A stretch of DNA of 64,000 nt from Candidatus Nanohaloarchaea archaeon. GTDB taxonomy: Archaea > Nanohalarchaeota > Nanosalinia > Nanosalinales > Nanosalinaceae. The notes under the pieces are model-generated. The model saw only the letters and a list, made by a program, of their open reading frames with translations. It had not been told where the DNA came from and made no database searches. The stretch lies in NCBI GenBank assembly GCA_013343275.1, contig CP046106.1, positions 416,001 to 480,000 of the forward strand, in the 5' to 3' direction. The first letter of the stretch is position 1, and every line of letters begins with the position of its first letter. A program made the position numbers and the translations under genes. Shown piece after piece: positions 1 through 7,994 of this stretch.

Positions 1-2
1 GA

Positions 3-446
3 CTTTCAAGTCCAGCATTCGAGGACGGCGAACACATGCCAGAGAAATATGGCAACACTACCGAGAACGTAAACCCTCCTCTAGAGATTAGAGACGTGCC
101 TGAAGAGGCCGAGTCACTCGTCCTCATTATGGATGATCCTGACGCCAAAGAGCCAGCGGGAAAAATCTGGGAGCACTGGACGGTATGGAATATACCTACA
201 AACAAATCGGAAATTCCGGAAGACTGGAATCCCAAAAAGGCAGTAGAGGGAATGACAGACTTTCGAGATACTGGTTATGGCGGCCCTAACCCTCCAGATG
301 GAACCCACACATACAGGTTCCAGCTGTACGCAATCGATACAGAACTTGACCTTGATGAAGAAGCCGGCAAAGAAGAGGTGCTTGAGGCAGTAGAAGGTCA
401 TGTAGTGGAGAAGACCTTGCTGCAGGGCAAGTTCGACCCTCTCTAA
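3..446 (+). CDS. YbhB/YbcL (PEBP/Raf kinase inhibitor-like) protein, 5' end outside window
   Basis: Frame open from base 3 (LSSPAFEDGEHMP...); motifs LIMDDPDA, WEHW, GYGGPNPPDGTHTYRF. Confidence 0.9.
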   Translation, partial: LSSPAFEDGEHMPEKYGNTTENVNPPLEIRDVPEEAESLVLIMDDPDAKEPAGKIWEHWTVWNIPTNKSEIPEDWNPKKAVEGMTDFRDTGYGGPNPPDGTHTYRFQLYAIDTELDLDEEAGKEEVLEAVEGHVVEKTLLQGKFDPL

Positions 447-474
447 TCTCCCGATTTTTCGGAGGGCGTGAAGG

Positions 475-1134
475 ATGGATTCTGTAACCAAGGAGCAGAT
501 GCAGAGAATAGATGAGGAAGTACCGGAGAAATACAGTATAACAACTTCTCGGCTTATGGAGAACGCAGGCCTTCAGGTAGCAGAACTTGTTAGAGAGAAG
601 GCCGAAGACAGAAAAATTTCCATCTACGCTGGTAAAGGCGACAACGGCGGTGACGCACTGGTATCTGCCCGAAGACTGCATAACTGGGGCTTTAAAGTGG
701 AAGTTGTACTAGCGACCACGGAACTCGATGGGATCAGAGAAGAGGAACTGGAAATACTGGAGAACCTTGACATAGAGATAACGGCGAAAAGCTCCGACAG
801 GAACTATCCTGTAGCACTGGAAGGATTAATAGGCTACAATTTGAACGGAAATCCAAGGCCTCCGTTCGACAGCATGATTCAGGAAATCAACAGCAACTAC
901 GAGACGGTATTCAGTATCGACATTCCTACAGGCCTAGACGCAGAGACCGGGAAAAGTTTCGCCCCAGCTGTAAGGCCTGATCACACAGTTACACTGGCCG
1001 CAGCTTTCGACACCATGTCAGAGCAAAATTCAGGAGAGATCTGGGTTGCCGACATCGGAATACCTCCCGAGGCCTACAGAGAGTTTGACAAGGAAATAGT
1101 TTTCAAAGAGAAGTCGTTGATCAGGTTTAATTAG
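475..1134 (+). CDS. nnrE: NAD(P)H-hydrate epimerase (stand-alone YjeF N-terminal domain)
   Basis: LMENAG, GKGDNGGDA, SIDIPTG, ADIGIP motifs. Confidence 0.88.
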   Translation: MDSVTKEQMQRIDEEVPEKYSITTSRLMENAGLQVAELVREKAEDRKISIYAGKGDNGGDALVSARRLHNWGFKVEVVLATTELDGIREEELEILENLDIEITAKSSDRNYPVALEGLIGYNLNGNPRPPFDSMIQEINSNYETVFSIDIPTGLDAETGKSFAPAVRPDHTVTLAAAFDTMSEQNSGEIWVADIGIPPEAYREFDKEIVFKEKSLIRFN

Positions 1135-1242
1135 ATGAAAATTTCAATCCATGCATAGCATGGTTTCTTGCGTGTGAAACACGCGTAACCGGTTTGCGGC
1201 CGAATCACAGAGTGATTCTTTGAGCAAGTTATGAGAATAACT

Positions 1243-1259
1243 TGCGGCATCCGGGACTT
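1243..1259 (-). repeat. 17-bp direct repeat of the tRNA-Gly 3' end (att-like)
   Basis: TGCGGCATCCGGGACTT at 1243-1259 is identical to 1310-1326. Confidence 0.85.
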
Positions 1260-1309
1260 TCGAAAAAACAAGTTTTTCTTCTAAATCTCCGGAATCAGCA
1301 GCAAAGTGA

Positions 1310-1380
1310 TGCGGCATCCGGGACTTGAACCCGGGTCTCCACGTTGGCAACGTGACGTCGTACCACTGGACCAATGCCGC
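1310..1380 (-). tRNA. tRNA-Gly(GCC), CCA not encoded
   Basis: Reverse complement GCGGCATTGGTCCAGTGGTACGACGTCACGTTGCCAACGTGGAGACCCGGGTTCAAGTCCCGGATGCCGCA folds as a cloverleaf, anticodon GCC. Confidence 0.95.
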
Positions 1381-1508
1381 ATATCATAGATGTGCTGTGT
1401 ATGGGAATTTGTGGGCTGGAAGTTTTAAGTGTATTAGCCGGCCGAAATTTCTGGAATTTTTCTACCTTGACCTAGGTATTTTGAACCTTGAGGGCCAATT
1501 CATGAAAC

Positions 1509-2432
1509 ATGGTAGAGGACAAAATTTACGATGTTATAGTGGTTGGTGGAGCCTCAGCAGCTCAGTCGGCAGCAATCTATGCTAAAAGAGCTGGCAGAAG
1601 CGTTCTCGTCATTGCAGACGAGTACGGAGGGCAGATAAACAATACTGATGTAGTGGAGAACTATCTAGGTTTTAAACATATTTCAGGGCCTGAGCTCGCG
1701 GATAAATATCTTGAACATATGCGAGATTACGATATAGATGAGGAAACAGGTTATAGAGTTACTGATATTCGGAGGCCTGACGAAGTTTTCGAGGTTGAAC
1801 GTGAGGACGGCGAAGAGTACAGAGGCAGATCTGTAGTTATTGCCACTGGCGGTCACCGCAGGAAACTCGGTGTTCCCGGCGAAGAGGAGTTCGCCAACAA
1901 AGGGGTAGGCTACTGTGCTGTCTGTGACGGACCTCTCTACCAGGGAGAAGAAGTAGCGGTTATCGGAGGAGGTTACGCTGGTACAGAGGCCGCAGATTAT
2001 CTTTCCGACATTGCAGAAAAAGTTTACGTTCTCAGCCGTTCAGGAGTGCTGAAGGGCGAGCAGATTACAATCGACAAGGTAGAGCAGGAGGACAATGTAG
2101 AGATTATCCGCGAGGCAGAGGCAGCCAAGTTCTACGGAGAAAACCTTCTGGAAGGCCTGAAGTACGAACAGGACAGCGAAATCAAGGACCTTGAGGTTAC
2201 CGGAGCTTTCATTGAGATTGGTACCGTACCGAACTCGGATATTACCGATCTCGTGGAGAAAGACGATTCCGGGCGAATCAAAGTTGATGAGGAGATGGAG
2301 ACCGGTGTTGAGGGCCTTTACGCAGCGGGGGACGTTAACGATGTAGGTGTGCAGCAGTTGCAGGTTTCCGCTGGCCAAGGGTGTCAGGCAGGTCTGAACG
2401 CCGCAGACTATGTTAAGCAGATGAAGGAGTAG
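1509..2432 (+). CDS. trxB: Thioredoxin reductase
   Basis: FAD-binding N-terminus, CAVCDG active site, GGGYAG NADPH motif, YAAGDV. Confidence 0.93.
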   Translation: MVEDKIYDVIVVGGASAAQSAAIYAKRAGRSVLVIADEYGGQINNTDVVENYLGFKHISGPELADKYLEHMRDYDIDEETGYRVTDIRRPDEVFEVEREDGEEYRGRSVVIATGGHRRKLGVPGEEEFANKGVGYCAVCDGPLYQGEEVAVIGGGYAGTEAADYLSDIAEKVYVLSRSGVLKGEQITIDKVEQEDNVEIIREAEAAKFYGENLLEGLKYEQDSEIKDLEVTGAFIEIGTVPNSDITDLVEKDDSGRIKVDEEMETGVEGLYAAGDVNDVGVQQLQVSAGQGCQAGLNAADYVKQMKE

Positions 2433-2468
2433 ATTCAAGTTATAATTTTAACCAGGTAAGAATTTGGT

Positions 2469-2720
2469 ATGCCACAGGAAACAGCAATGACAAAATGCGT
2501 GTTCTGCGGGAACAGCGCGACCACGAAGAATTCTGCAGGACAGCCTGTATGCAAGAATCACAAGGAGAAAGATCCTCGAGATGTGGCCTGTCCGGAATGC
2601 GGTATGCCTATGAAGATCAAGGAAGGCCGTTACGGGTACTTTTGGGGCTGTGAAGGCTACCCTCAGTGTCAGAAGACCTACCAGATAGAGGCCCTTGTAG
2701 ATGATGAGGAAGAGGAGTAA
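2469..2720 (+). CDS. Small double zinc-binding protein with topoisomerase-type C4 zinc ribbon
   Basis: CVFC..CKNH, then CPECGMPM..GRYGYFWGCEGYPQC. Confidence 0.8.
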   Translation: MPQETAMTKCVFCGNSATTKNSAGQPVCKNHKEKDPRDVACPECGMPMKIKEGRYGYFWGCEGYPQCQKTYQIEALVDDEEEE

Positions 2721-2723
2721 AAA

Positions 2724-3164
2724 TTATTCTATAGTGAGATCGTTAGGCTCGTAAGTTCCTATCCTGATGTTCTGGTACTTCTCATCAAGCCTGTTTGCGA
2801 TCTCAATATCAAGATCTCTTTGAGGTTCATCTCTAGGCCCTTCTCTGTTCTCAACCATGATCCTCTGTACATGATCCAGAGGAAGTTCATCCCTCATAAT
2901 TACATCGTAACACGAATCTGAATCCTCAACTACCTTGACATTCGCAGGATCAATCTCTAGGTAACCTCCTCCCCACGCATAGGCCTTAGCGCACTCTCTG
3001 CTGTCAGTCGCCCAGATTGCCTGATCTTTATCATAGACTTCTCTTTCAACATCCATCTCGGTGAAGACATCTTCCTCATCAATCGGATGGCCCTGTATAA
3101 AACCAGTCTCAGCAATATCCAGCAGACCTTCCTCGCCTCTTCCATGATAAAGTTTGTGAGTCAT
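2724..3164 (-). CDS. Hypothetical acidic protein, possible ADP-ribosyltransferase-like fold
   Basis: KLYHG..I..G, IWATDS..A.AYA, LEID pattern. Confidence 0.55.
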   Translation of the reverse strand: MTHKLYHGRGEEGLLDIAETGFIQGHPIDEEDVFTEMDVEREVYDKDQAIWATDSRECAKAYAWGGGYLEIDPANVKVVEDSDSCYDVIMRDELPLDHVQRIMVENREGPRDEPQRDLDIEIANRLDEKYQNIRIGTYEPNDLTIE

Positions 3165-3250
3165 GAAAAACCTTCACGTGTAGAAATCTTTTATTGTTTT
3201 TCAGTGACAAAAACACAATTAGATATGTTTATCTCCCAAAAATAACTTAA

Positions 3251-3383
3251 GAGCCTGTAGCTCAGCGGGACAGAGCATTCGGTTCCTAGGAACTTCTGTA
3301 AGTTCCATCAACAGGAACCATGCAATGCATGGATCTAGTTCGGAAATACCGAGAGGTCGAGGGTTCAAATCCCTCCAGGCCTG
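3251..3383 (+). tRNA. tRNA-Arg(CCT) with 59-nt intron (3289-3347) at canonical 37/38 position
   Basis: D arm GCTC/GAGC, anticodon stem TTCGG/CCGAG, T arm GAGGG-TTCAAAT-CCCTC; BHB with central helix TTCC/GGAA and bulges TAG/ATA. Confidence 0.9.
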
Positions 3384-3405
3384 TAAAATAAAGTGATATA
3401 GGAAA

Positions 3406-3993
3406 ATGATGGGAGTTACACATGCATTGATGGGAGGCCTTCTTGGGGCCTCCAGCGCAGTTTTCACGCTAGAGTACTTTCTGGCAGCAGTAATTGCAGG
3501 TTATCTTGGAGGCCTCTTCCCTGATCTCGATCTGGCGTTCAATCACCGCCAGACACTGCACTTCCCGGTAGGATACACAGTACTATCTGTTGCAGCAGTT
3601 GCCACAGCAGTTTTCACAGCGGAGAAAGGTCTTATTATTCTCTCGTACTTTATCCTGTCAGCTGCAGTGCATTCCTGGATTGATATACTGGGTGGAGGGC
3701 TGGAGGAAAAGCCGTGGGAAGGTACTACGGATAAAGGAGTTTACTCTCACAGCTTGGATCGGTGGTTCCCTCCTCTCCAGGTAATCCGGTATGATGGGGC
3801 GCCTGAGGACTTTCTACTTACTCTAGGCCTAGGTACTGCACTATTCCCTCTACTGGCTGGTTACCCTGTAGCTCAGAAAATTGTTGTAGCCAGCATCGCA
3901 GTCGGAGGCCTGTATTCACTGGTCAGGAAGAAGCTCCTCGATGTCAGGGACTTTCTTCTCAAGGCGTTCAACAGCCTGATCGACGAGTCCTGA
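3406..3993 (+). CDS. Membrane-bound metal-dependent hydrolase (YdjM/DUF457-like)
   Basis: TH, PDLD..HR.TLH, HSWID motifs with TM segments. Confidence 0.85.
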   Translation: MMGVTHALMGGLLGASSAVFTLEYFLAAVIAGYLGGLFPDLDLAFNHRQTLHFPVGYTVLSVAAVATAVFTAEKGLIILSYFILSAAVHSWIDILGGGLEEKPWEGTTDKGVYSHSLDRWFPPLQVIRYDGAPEDFLLTLGLGTALFPLLAGYPVAQKIVVASIAVGGLYSLVRKKLLDVRDFLLKAFNSLIDES

Positions 3994-4578
3994 GAGATAC
4001 GCCTCTCCAAAGAAAGCAACTAGCAGTGCTCCTGCCGAGTCAAAAAGCAGGTCCTTCATTGTATCTTCCAGGCCGTACTGTGTCAGAATCTTCGTACCTG
4101 TAACCTGTCCAAGTAGGCCAGTCATGAACTCGATAACCTCCCATACAACACCGAAGGCCATGACAAAGGCCACGAGGAACACCGGCATAAGTTTTGAAGG
4201 GAAGTGAATCTCCTCTGAGTGCTGGTCGAGCGCTCTCACAGCGATGTATCCTGAGGCCGCTACAATCGATGAGGAAAGTGCATGCGTCATATGATCCCAC
4301 CACCAGATATTCCTGTAGGGGCCTAATGCTCCGAAACTGTGAAGGAATACTGCAAGAGTAATCCACAGCGCCAGCGCTGGGTCAAGAACAATATCGAGGT
4401 CTCTCTCCAGGTAAGACGGTGCGAAAGTTACAGCCAGCGAAATCAATGCATTGATGGTTATACTGAAAACTCCTTCAACAATCCCTATACCTGCAATTGC
4501 CACCAGCAAGGCCTGTAGTACTCTGGTTAACTGCGACTGCTTCCTGGAGTTAAGACCTAATCTCCTGAGTATCCTCAC
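3916..4578 (-). CDS. Membrane protein (DUF2238/VanZ-like) with putative metal ligands
   Basis: Multiple TM segments; WWDHMTH, WEVIE, DTMKD motifs. Confidence 0.7.
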   Translation of the reverse strand: MRILRRLGLNSRKQSQLTRVLQALLVAIAGIGIVEGVFSITINALISLAVTFAPSYLERDLDIVLDPALALWITLAVFLHSFGALGPYRNIWWWDHMTHALSSSIVAASGYIAVRALDQHSEEIHFPSKLMPVFLVAFVMAFGVVWEVIEFMTGLLGQVTGTKILTQYGLEDTMKDLLFDSAGALLVAFFGEAYLSGLVDQAVERLEKKVPDIEELLPDQ

Positions 4579-5155
4579 TGTATTTCACCTCTCTTATATC
4601 ATCCGCTCTCCTCTTGAAGTAGTAGTGGAAAAGCAGGCCGAAAACCGCTCCAATCGCTGTGGCTGCCGTGAATTCCCACATAAGGTGCTCTTCCGAGGTT
4701 ATCAGGGTAGTTCCAAGATAGATGTCCGAAAGCCAGCGAACCAAAGCCCAGAAACCCGCCATCGCCACAGTTACTATAGCGGTCAGAAAGACTGCGAAGA
4801 ATGAGCTAGTCCTGAGAGACGTGAATTCATCCATCTCTACAACTACAAGCAACGAGGTAACGGCGACCGAAGCATAGCTGACAGCCATACCGCTGAAAAG
4901 CGAAAAACCAAACGACTTATGGACGAAAGGAAGTGATACCAGGAAAAGCAGCTCCCATGGCGCAGCAACAGTATCTCTGTATACCAACGATGGAACTACC
5001 GACATAAAGAATACGAAAGCCGATAATATCAGCCATGCAAAGGCCTCTGACAGGAAAGCGTCAACAGCAGTTCCGAGAAATACGAGAGACAGGAGCATTG
5101 AAAACAGGAAGTTCCTCTTTTTCCTCTCGTAGACAAAATCAGAGCCGAGGCCCAT
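4550..5155 (-). CDS. Membrane protein, divergent paralog of the downstream gene
   Basis: About 6 TM segments, same layout as 3916-4578, overlapping and co-oriented. Confidence 0.7.
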   Translation of the reverse strand: MGLGSDFVYERKKRNFLFSMLLSLVFLGTAVDAFLSEAFAWLILSAFVFFMSVVPSLVYRDTVAAPWELLFLVSLPFVHKSFGFSLFSGMAVSYASVAVTSLLVVVEMDEFTSLRTSSFFAVFLTAIVTVAMAGFWALVRWLSDIYLGTTLITSEEHLMWEFTAATAIGAVFGLLFHYYFKRRADDIREVKYSEDTQEIRS

Positions 5156-5215
5156 ACTCTTCGTTGGTCGAAGAGCTTATTTAAGAATTCTACAAGAATC
5201 AGGTTATACACGGAA

Positions 5216-5290
5216 GGGCCCGTAGCTCAGCTTGGACAGAGCGAGCGGCTTCGGACCGCTAGGTCTAGGGTTCAAATCCCTACGGGCTCG
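5216..5290 (+). tRNA. tRNA-Arg(TCG)
   Basis: GGGCCCG...AGCGG-CTTCGGA-CCGCT...TAGGG-TTCAAAT-CCCTA-CGGGCTC-G cloverleaf. Confidence 0.95.
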
Positions 5291-5371
5291 AACTCATTAC
5301 GCTGAGATTCGCACGCAATAAGCCATAAAGTATGGCTTCCAAAAGAACTTTCTCTTAGTCATCTACTATGT

Positions 5372-5509
5372 GCGGAGGTTGCCGAGTGGTCAAAGGCGCA
5401 GCGTTCAGGACACCGTCTCGTTCAACGTGACGGTTTGAGAAGGCTTCTGCCTTCGACGGGAAATGCGCTGTCCCTTAGGGGTTCGCAAGTTCGAATCTTG
5501 CCCTCCGCA
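5372..5509 (+). tRNA. tRNA-Leu(CAG) with ~55-nt intron (5410-5464)
   Basis: Acceptor GCGGAGG/CCTCCGC, anticodon stem CAGCG/CGCTG, long variable arm, T arm GCAAG-TTCGAAT-CTTGC; relaxed BHB. Confidence 0.9.
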
Positions 5510-5518
5510 AAATCCTGC

Positions 5519-5911
5519 TTATACAATTTTGTCTGAGAATTCGAAGTGGGCTATAAAGTAGCCTAGAAGAAGTGTGGCGGCTCCTAATGTCGATTGGATG
5601 AAGTTCTGATTGCTTACTCCTTGAGCTCCATATATCATTCCAACTGAGAAAAGGGCTGCTGAGAGAGCCAGATACAGCCAGTTCCTCTCATCTTCGGGCA
5701 GAACCTTATTATCTTGACGTGGGTCGATGAAGACTCCTGCTTCCACACGATGGATAACTAGATAAGAACTCCAGGCCAGCCCGGACAACATTATAGACTC
5801 CAGCAAGGCAGCCTCCTGTGCTTTAAGGAAAAGCCGGGCAAGACTCCCTGACAGAACAGCAAAGCCTGCAGATATAACCAATAACCGTCTCCAATCATAA
5901 CGTAGATTCAT
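5519..5911 (-). CDS. Hypothetical 4-TM membrane protein
   Basis: Hydrophobic segments; GY.I.H-type motif in each half. Confidence 0.65.
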   Translation of the reverse strand: MNLRYDWRRLLVISAGFAVLSGSLARLFLKAQEAALLESIMLSGLAWSSYLVIHRVEAGVFIDPRQDNKVLPEDERNWLYLALSAALFSVGMIYGAQGVSNQNFIQSTLGAATLLLGYFIAHFEFSDKIV

Positions 5912-5914
5912 TTT

Positions 5915-6325
5915 TCACACCAGTGTATTATTTACCGCCCAGTGACCTATCATGTATCCTGCACCCATTGAGACTGCCGATGTGGCGGCTAGTAAGGGAT
6001 TCATCTGAAGTATCGATTCGGTCAAGGTCAAGAAGCCTAGAGCCATTAAAGCACTGCCTCCAGCAAAGGAGACCAGATCTATCCTGCTATAATTTTTGAT
6101 ACGGAAGAAATACTCTTTGAATATATTTTTCGAGGCCCTACCATTGTGAAGTCCTATCTGCGCAATTTTATAGCCCGAAACAAACCCTACTAGTGAAATA
6201 TATACCTGGAAAAAGCCTCCGTTAAAACCTGATACAAGGCCATACCCGGAACTCACAACTATCAACCCAGAGCCTATAAGCATCCAGTACAGCTTGTAAA
6301 AGTCCTTCTTAGACCATACCCTCAT
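5915..6325 (-). CDS. Hypothetical 4-TM membrane protein, likely paralog of neighbour
   Basis: SGYKIAQ and AGYMIGH motifs; similar size and topology. Confidence 0.65.
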   Translation of the reverse strand: MRVWSKKDFYKLYWMLIGSGLIVVSSGYGLVSGFNGGFFQVYISLVGFVSGYKIAQIGLHNGRASKNIFKEYFFRIKNYSRIDLVSFAGGSALMALGFLTLTESILQMNPLLAATSAVSMGAGYMIGHWAVNNTLV

Positions 6326-6397
6326 CTACAGAATAGAACTCCAGTTAATCGCTTAAAAATCTATCTAGAAGAAATAGACGAAGATCCCAGAGAGGAT

Positions 6398-7804
6398 TTA
6401 TTCCTCCAGGATGCTGTCAACCGTCCTGATCTGCATCATGTTGGTGGTACCTGTTACGTTAGTAGGTATTCCAGCGCTGAGAACAAGCTCATCATCCCCC
6501 TCCGCAAGGCCTAGAGTCTTCATTCTCCGGGCCGATGCCTGCAGCATTCCTTCAACGTCTTCCGGGAACTCCTCGTAGTAAGGCTGGACTCCCCAGGCCA
6601 GCTGGAGCTGTCGCTCAACTATTTCCGAGTCGGTGAATGCGATGATCGGGTTTTCGGGACGGTACTTCGAGATATTTCTGGCTGTCGATCCGGAAGATGT
6701 GTGGGCCACGATGTACTCTGCATTGGAGTCTCTGCCAGCCTGCCATACGTTCTTGCAGATAATTTCTCTGGTTGTTTCAGGAGGCTGTTTAACGGTGTGA
6801 TGAGTTATATCGTTGAGAGAGCTTTCTGCCTGCTCCACTACGTCAGCCATGAACTCTACAGTCTTGACAGGATACTCCCCGATAGCTGTCTCTCCTGAAA
6901 GCATTACAGCATCAGTACCGTCAAGAACTGCGTTTGCAACATCTGATATTTCTGCACGGGTAGCAGTAGGATTCTCTGTCATCGATTCCAGCATCTGTGT
7001 AGCAGTGATAACAGGTTTACCTGCCTTGTTGCATTTCTCGATCATCTCCTTCTGCATCATAGGGAGCTCTGCTGCTGGGAGTTCGACACCTAGATCTCCT
7101 CTGGCAACCATTATCGCATCCGAGGCCTCCAGTATCTCATCGAAGTTCTCAACCGCTTTCTTGTGCTCGATCTTCGAGATAATATGCATTTCAGAGCCAT
7201 GTTCATCAAGAATTTCTCTGACCTCCTCTACATCGGAGGCCTGTTTCACGAAGCTGAGGGAGACAAAGTCGTATCCTTTCTCCGCAGCAAACTCTATATC
7301 TTCAACATCTTTCTGTGTAGGGGCTTGAAGGCCTATATCCTTTCCTGGAACATTTACTGCTTTACGAGATGATACTTCGCCACCATAGACTACTGTACAT
7401 TCCGCTGTGTCATCTACTTTCTCAACTTCCAGCTCGATCTTCCCATCGTCAATCCTTACCTCGTCGCCGGCCTCAATATGGTTGATGAACTCACTGTAGT
7501 TAACCGAAATTTCCTCCTTATCGCCTCTTACATCTTCAGTTGTGAGTTTTACTTCGTGTCCAGTCTCAAGCTCTGTACCTTCTTCTACCTCGCCAAGCCT
7601 GATCTCAGGGCCCTTAGTATCTATCATTACAGCTGTCTTCTCCGATACATCGCGGATTCTGTCGTATATTTTTCCATGCTGTTCGTGGTCGACATGAGAG
7701 AAGTTCTGGCGTACAACATCAACCCCAGAATCTATTATTTCTTCAAGTTTCTGTTTTGTATCGGTTGCTGGTCCGATCGTTGATACAATTTTAGTATTCT
7801 TCAT
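6398..7804 (-). CDS. pyk: Pyruvate kinase
   Basis: TKIVSTIGPA, DTKGPEIR, MVARGDLGVE, ATQMLESM, MLSGETA. Confidence 0.97.
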   Translation of the reverse strand: MKNTKIVSTIGPATDTKQKLEEIIDSGVDVVRQNFSHVDHEQHGKIYDRIRDVSEKTAVMIDTKGPEIRLGEVEEGTELETGHEVKLTTEDVRGDKEEISVNYSEFINHIEAGDEVRIDDGKIELEVEKVDDTAECTVVYGGEVSSRKAVNVPGKDIGLQAPTQKDVEDIEFAAEKGYDFVSLSFVKQASDVEEVREILDEHGSEMHIISKIEHKKAVENFDEILEASDAIMVARGDLGVELPAAELPMMQKEMIEKCNKAGKPVITATQMLESMTENPTATRAEISDVANAVLDGTDAVMLSGETAIGEYPVKTVEFMADVVEQAESSLNDITHHTVKQPPETTREIICKNVWQAGRDSNAEYIVAHTSSGSTARNISKYRPENPIIAFTDSEIVERQLQLAWGVQPYYEEFPEDVEGMLQASARRMKTLGLAEGDDELVLSAGIPTNVTGTTNMMQIRTVDSILEE

Positions 7805-7994
7805 AACCTTATCCAGTTGTGAACCGAAGAGTTAAAAGGAGAACGCTGTAGCGAGGCTTTCACAAGGTTTTTCTATTCTCCGGACTCAGCTAATTTGATT
7901 TATAAAGATAAGACTGTTATTCTTGGGTGTGCGAATGCGGCCTGTGAAAATTCTCAAGGATTTTCTGGCCCGGGTTCGCGGTTGGGTGATATCT

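Noticed and set aside
1144-1585. ORFs 1144-1374 and 1325-1585
   Set aside because: Overlap tRNA-Gly and hairpins; composition unlike this acidic proteome
3219-3467. 82-aa minus-strand ORF
   Set aside because: Antisense to the intron-containing tRNA-Arg
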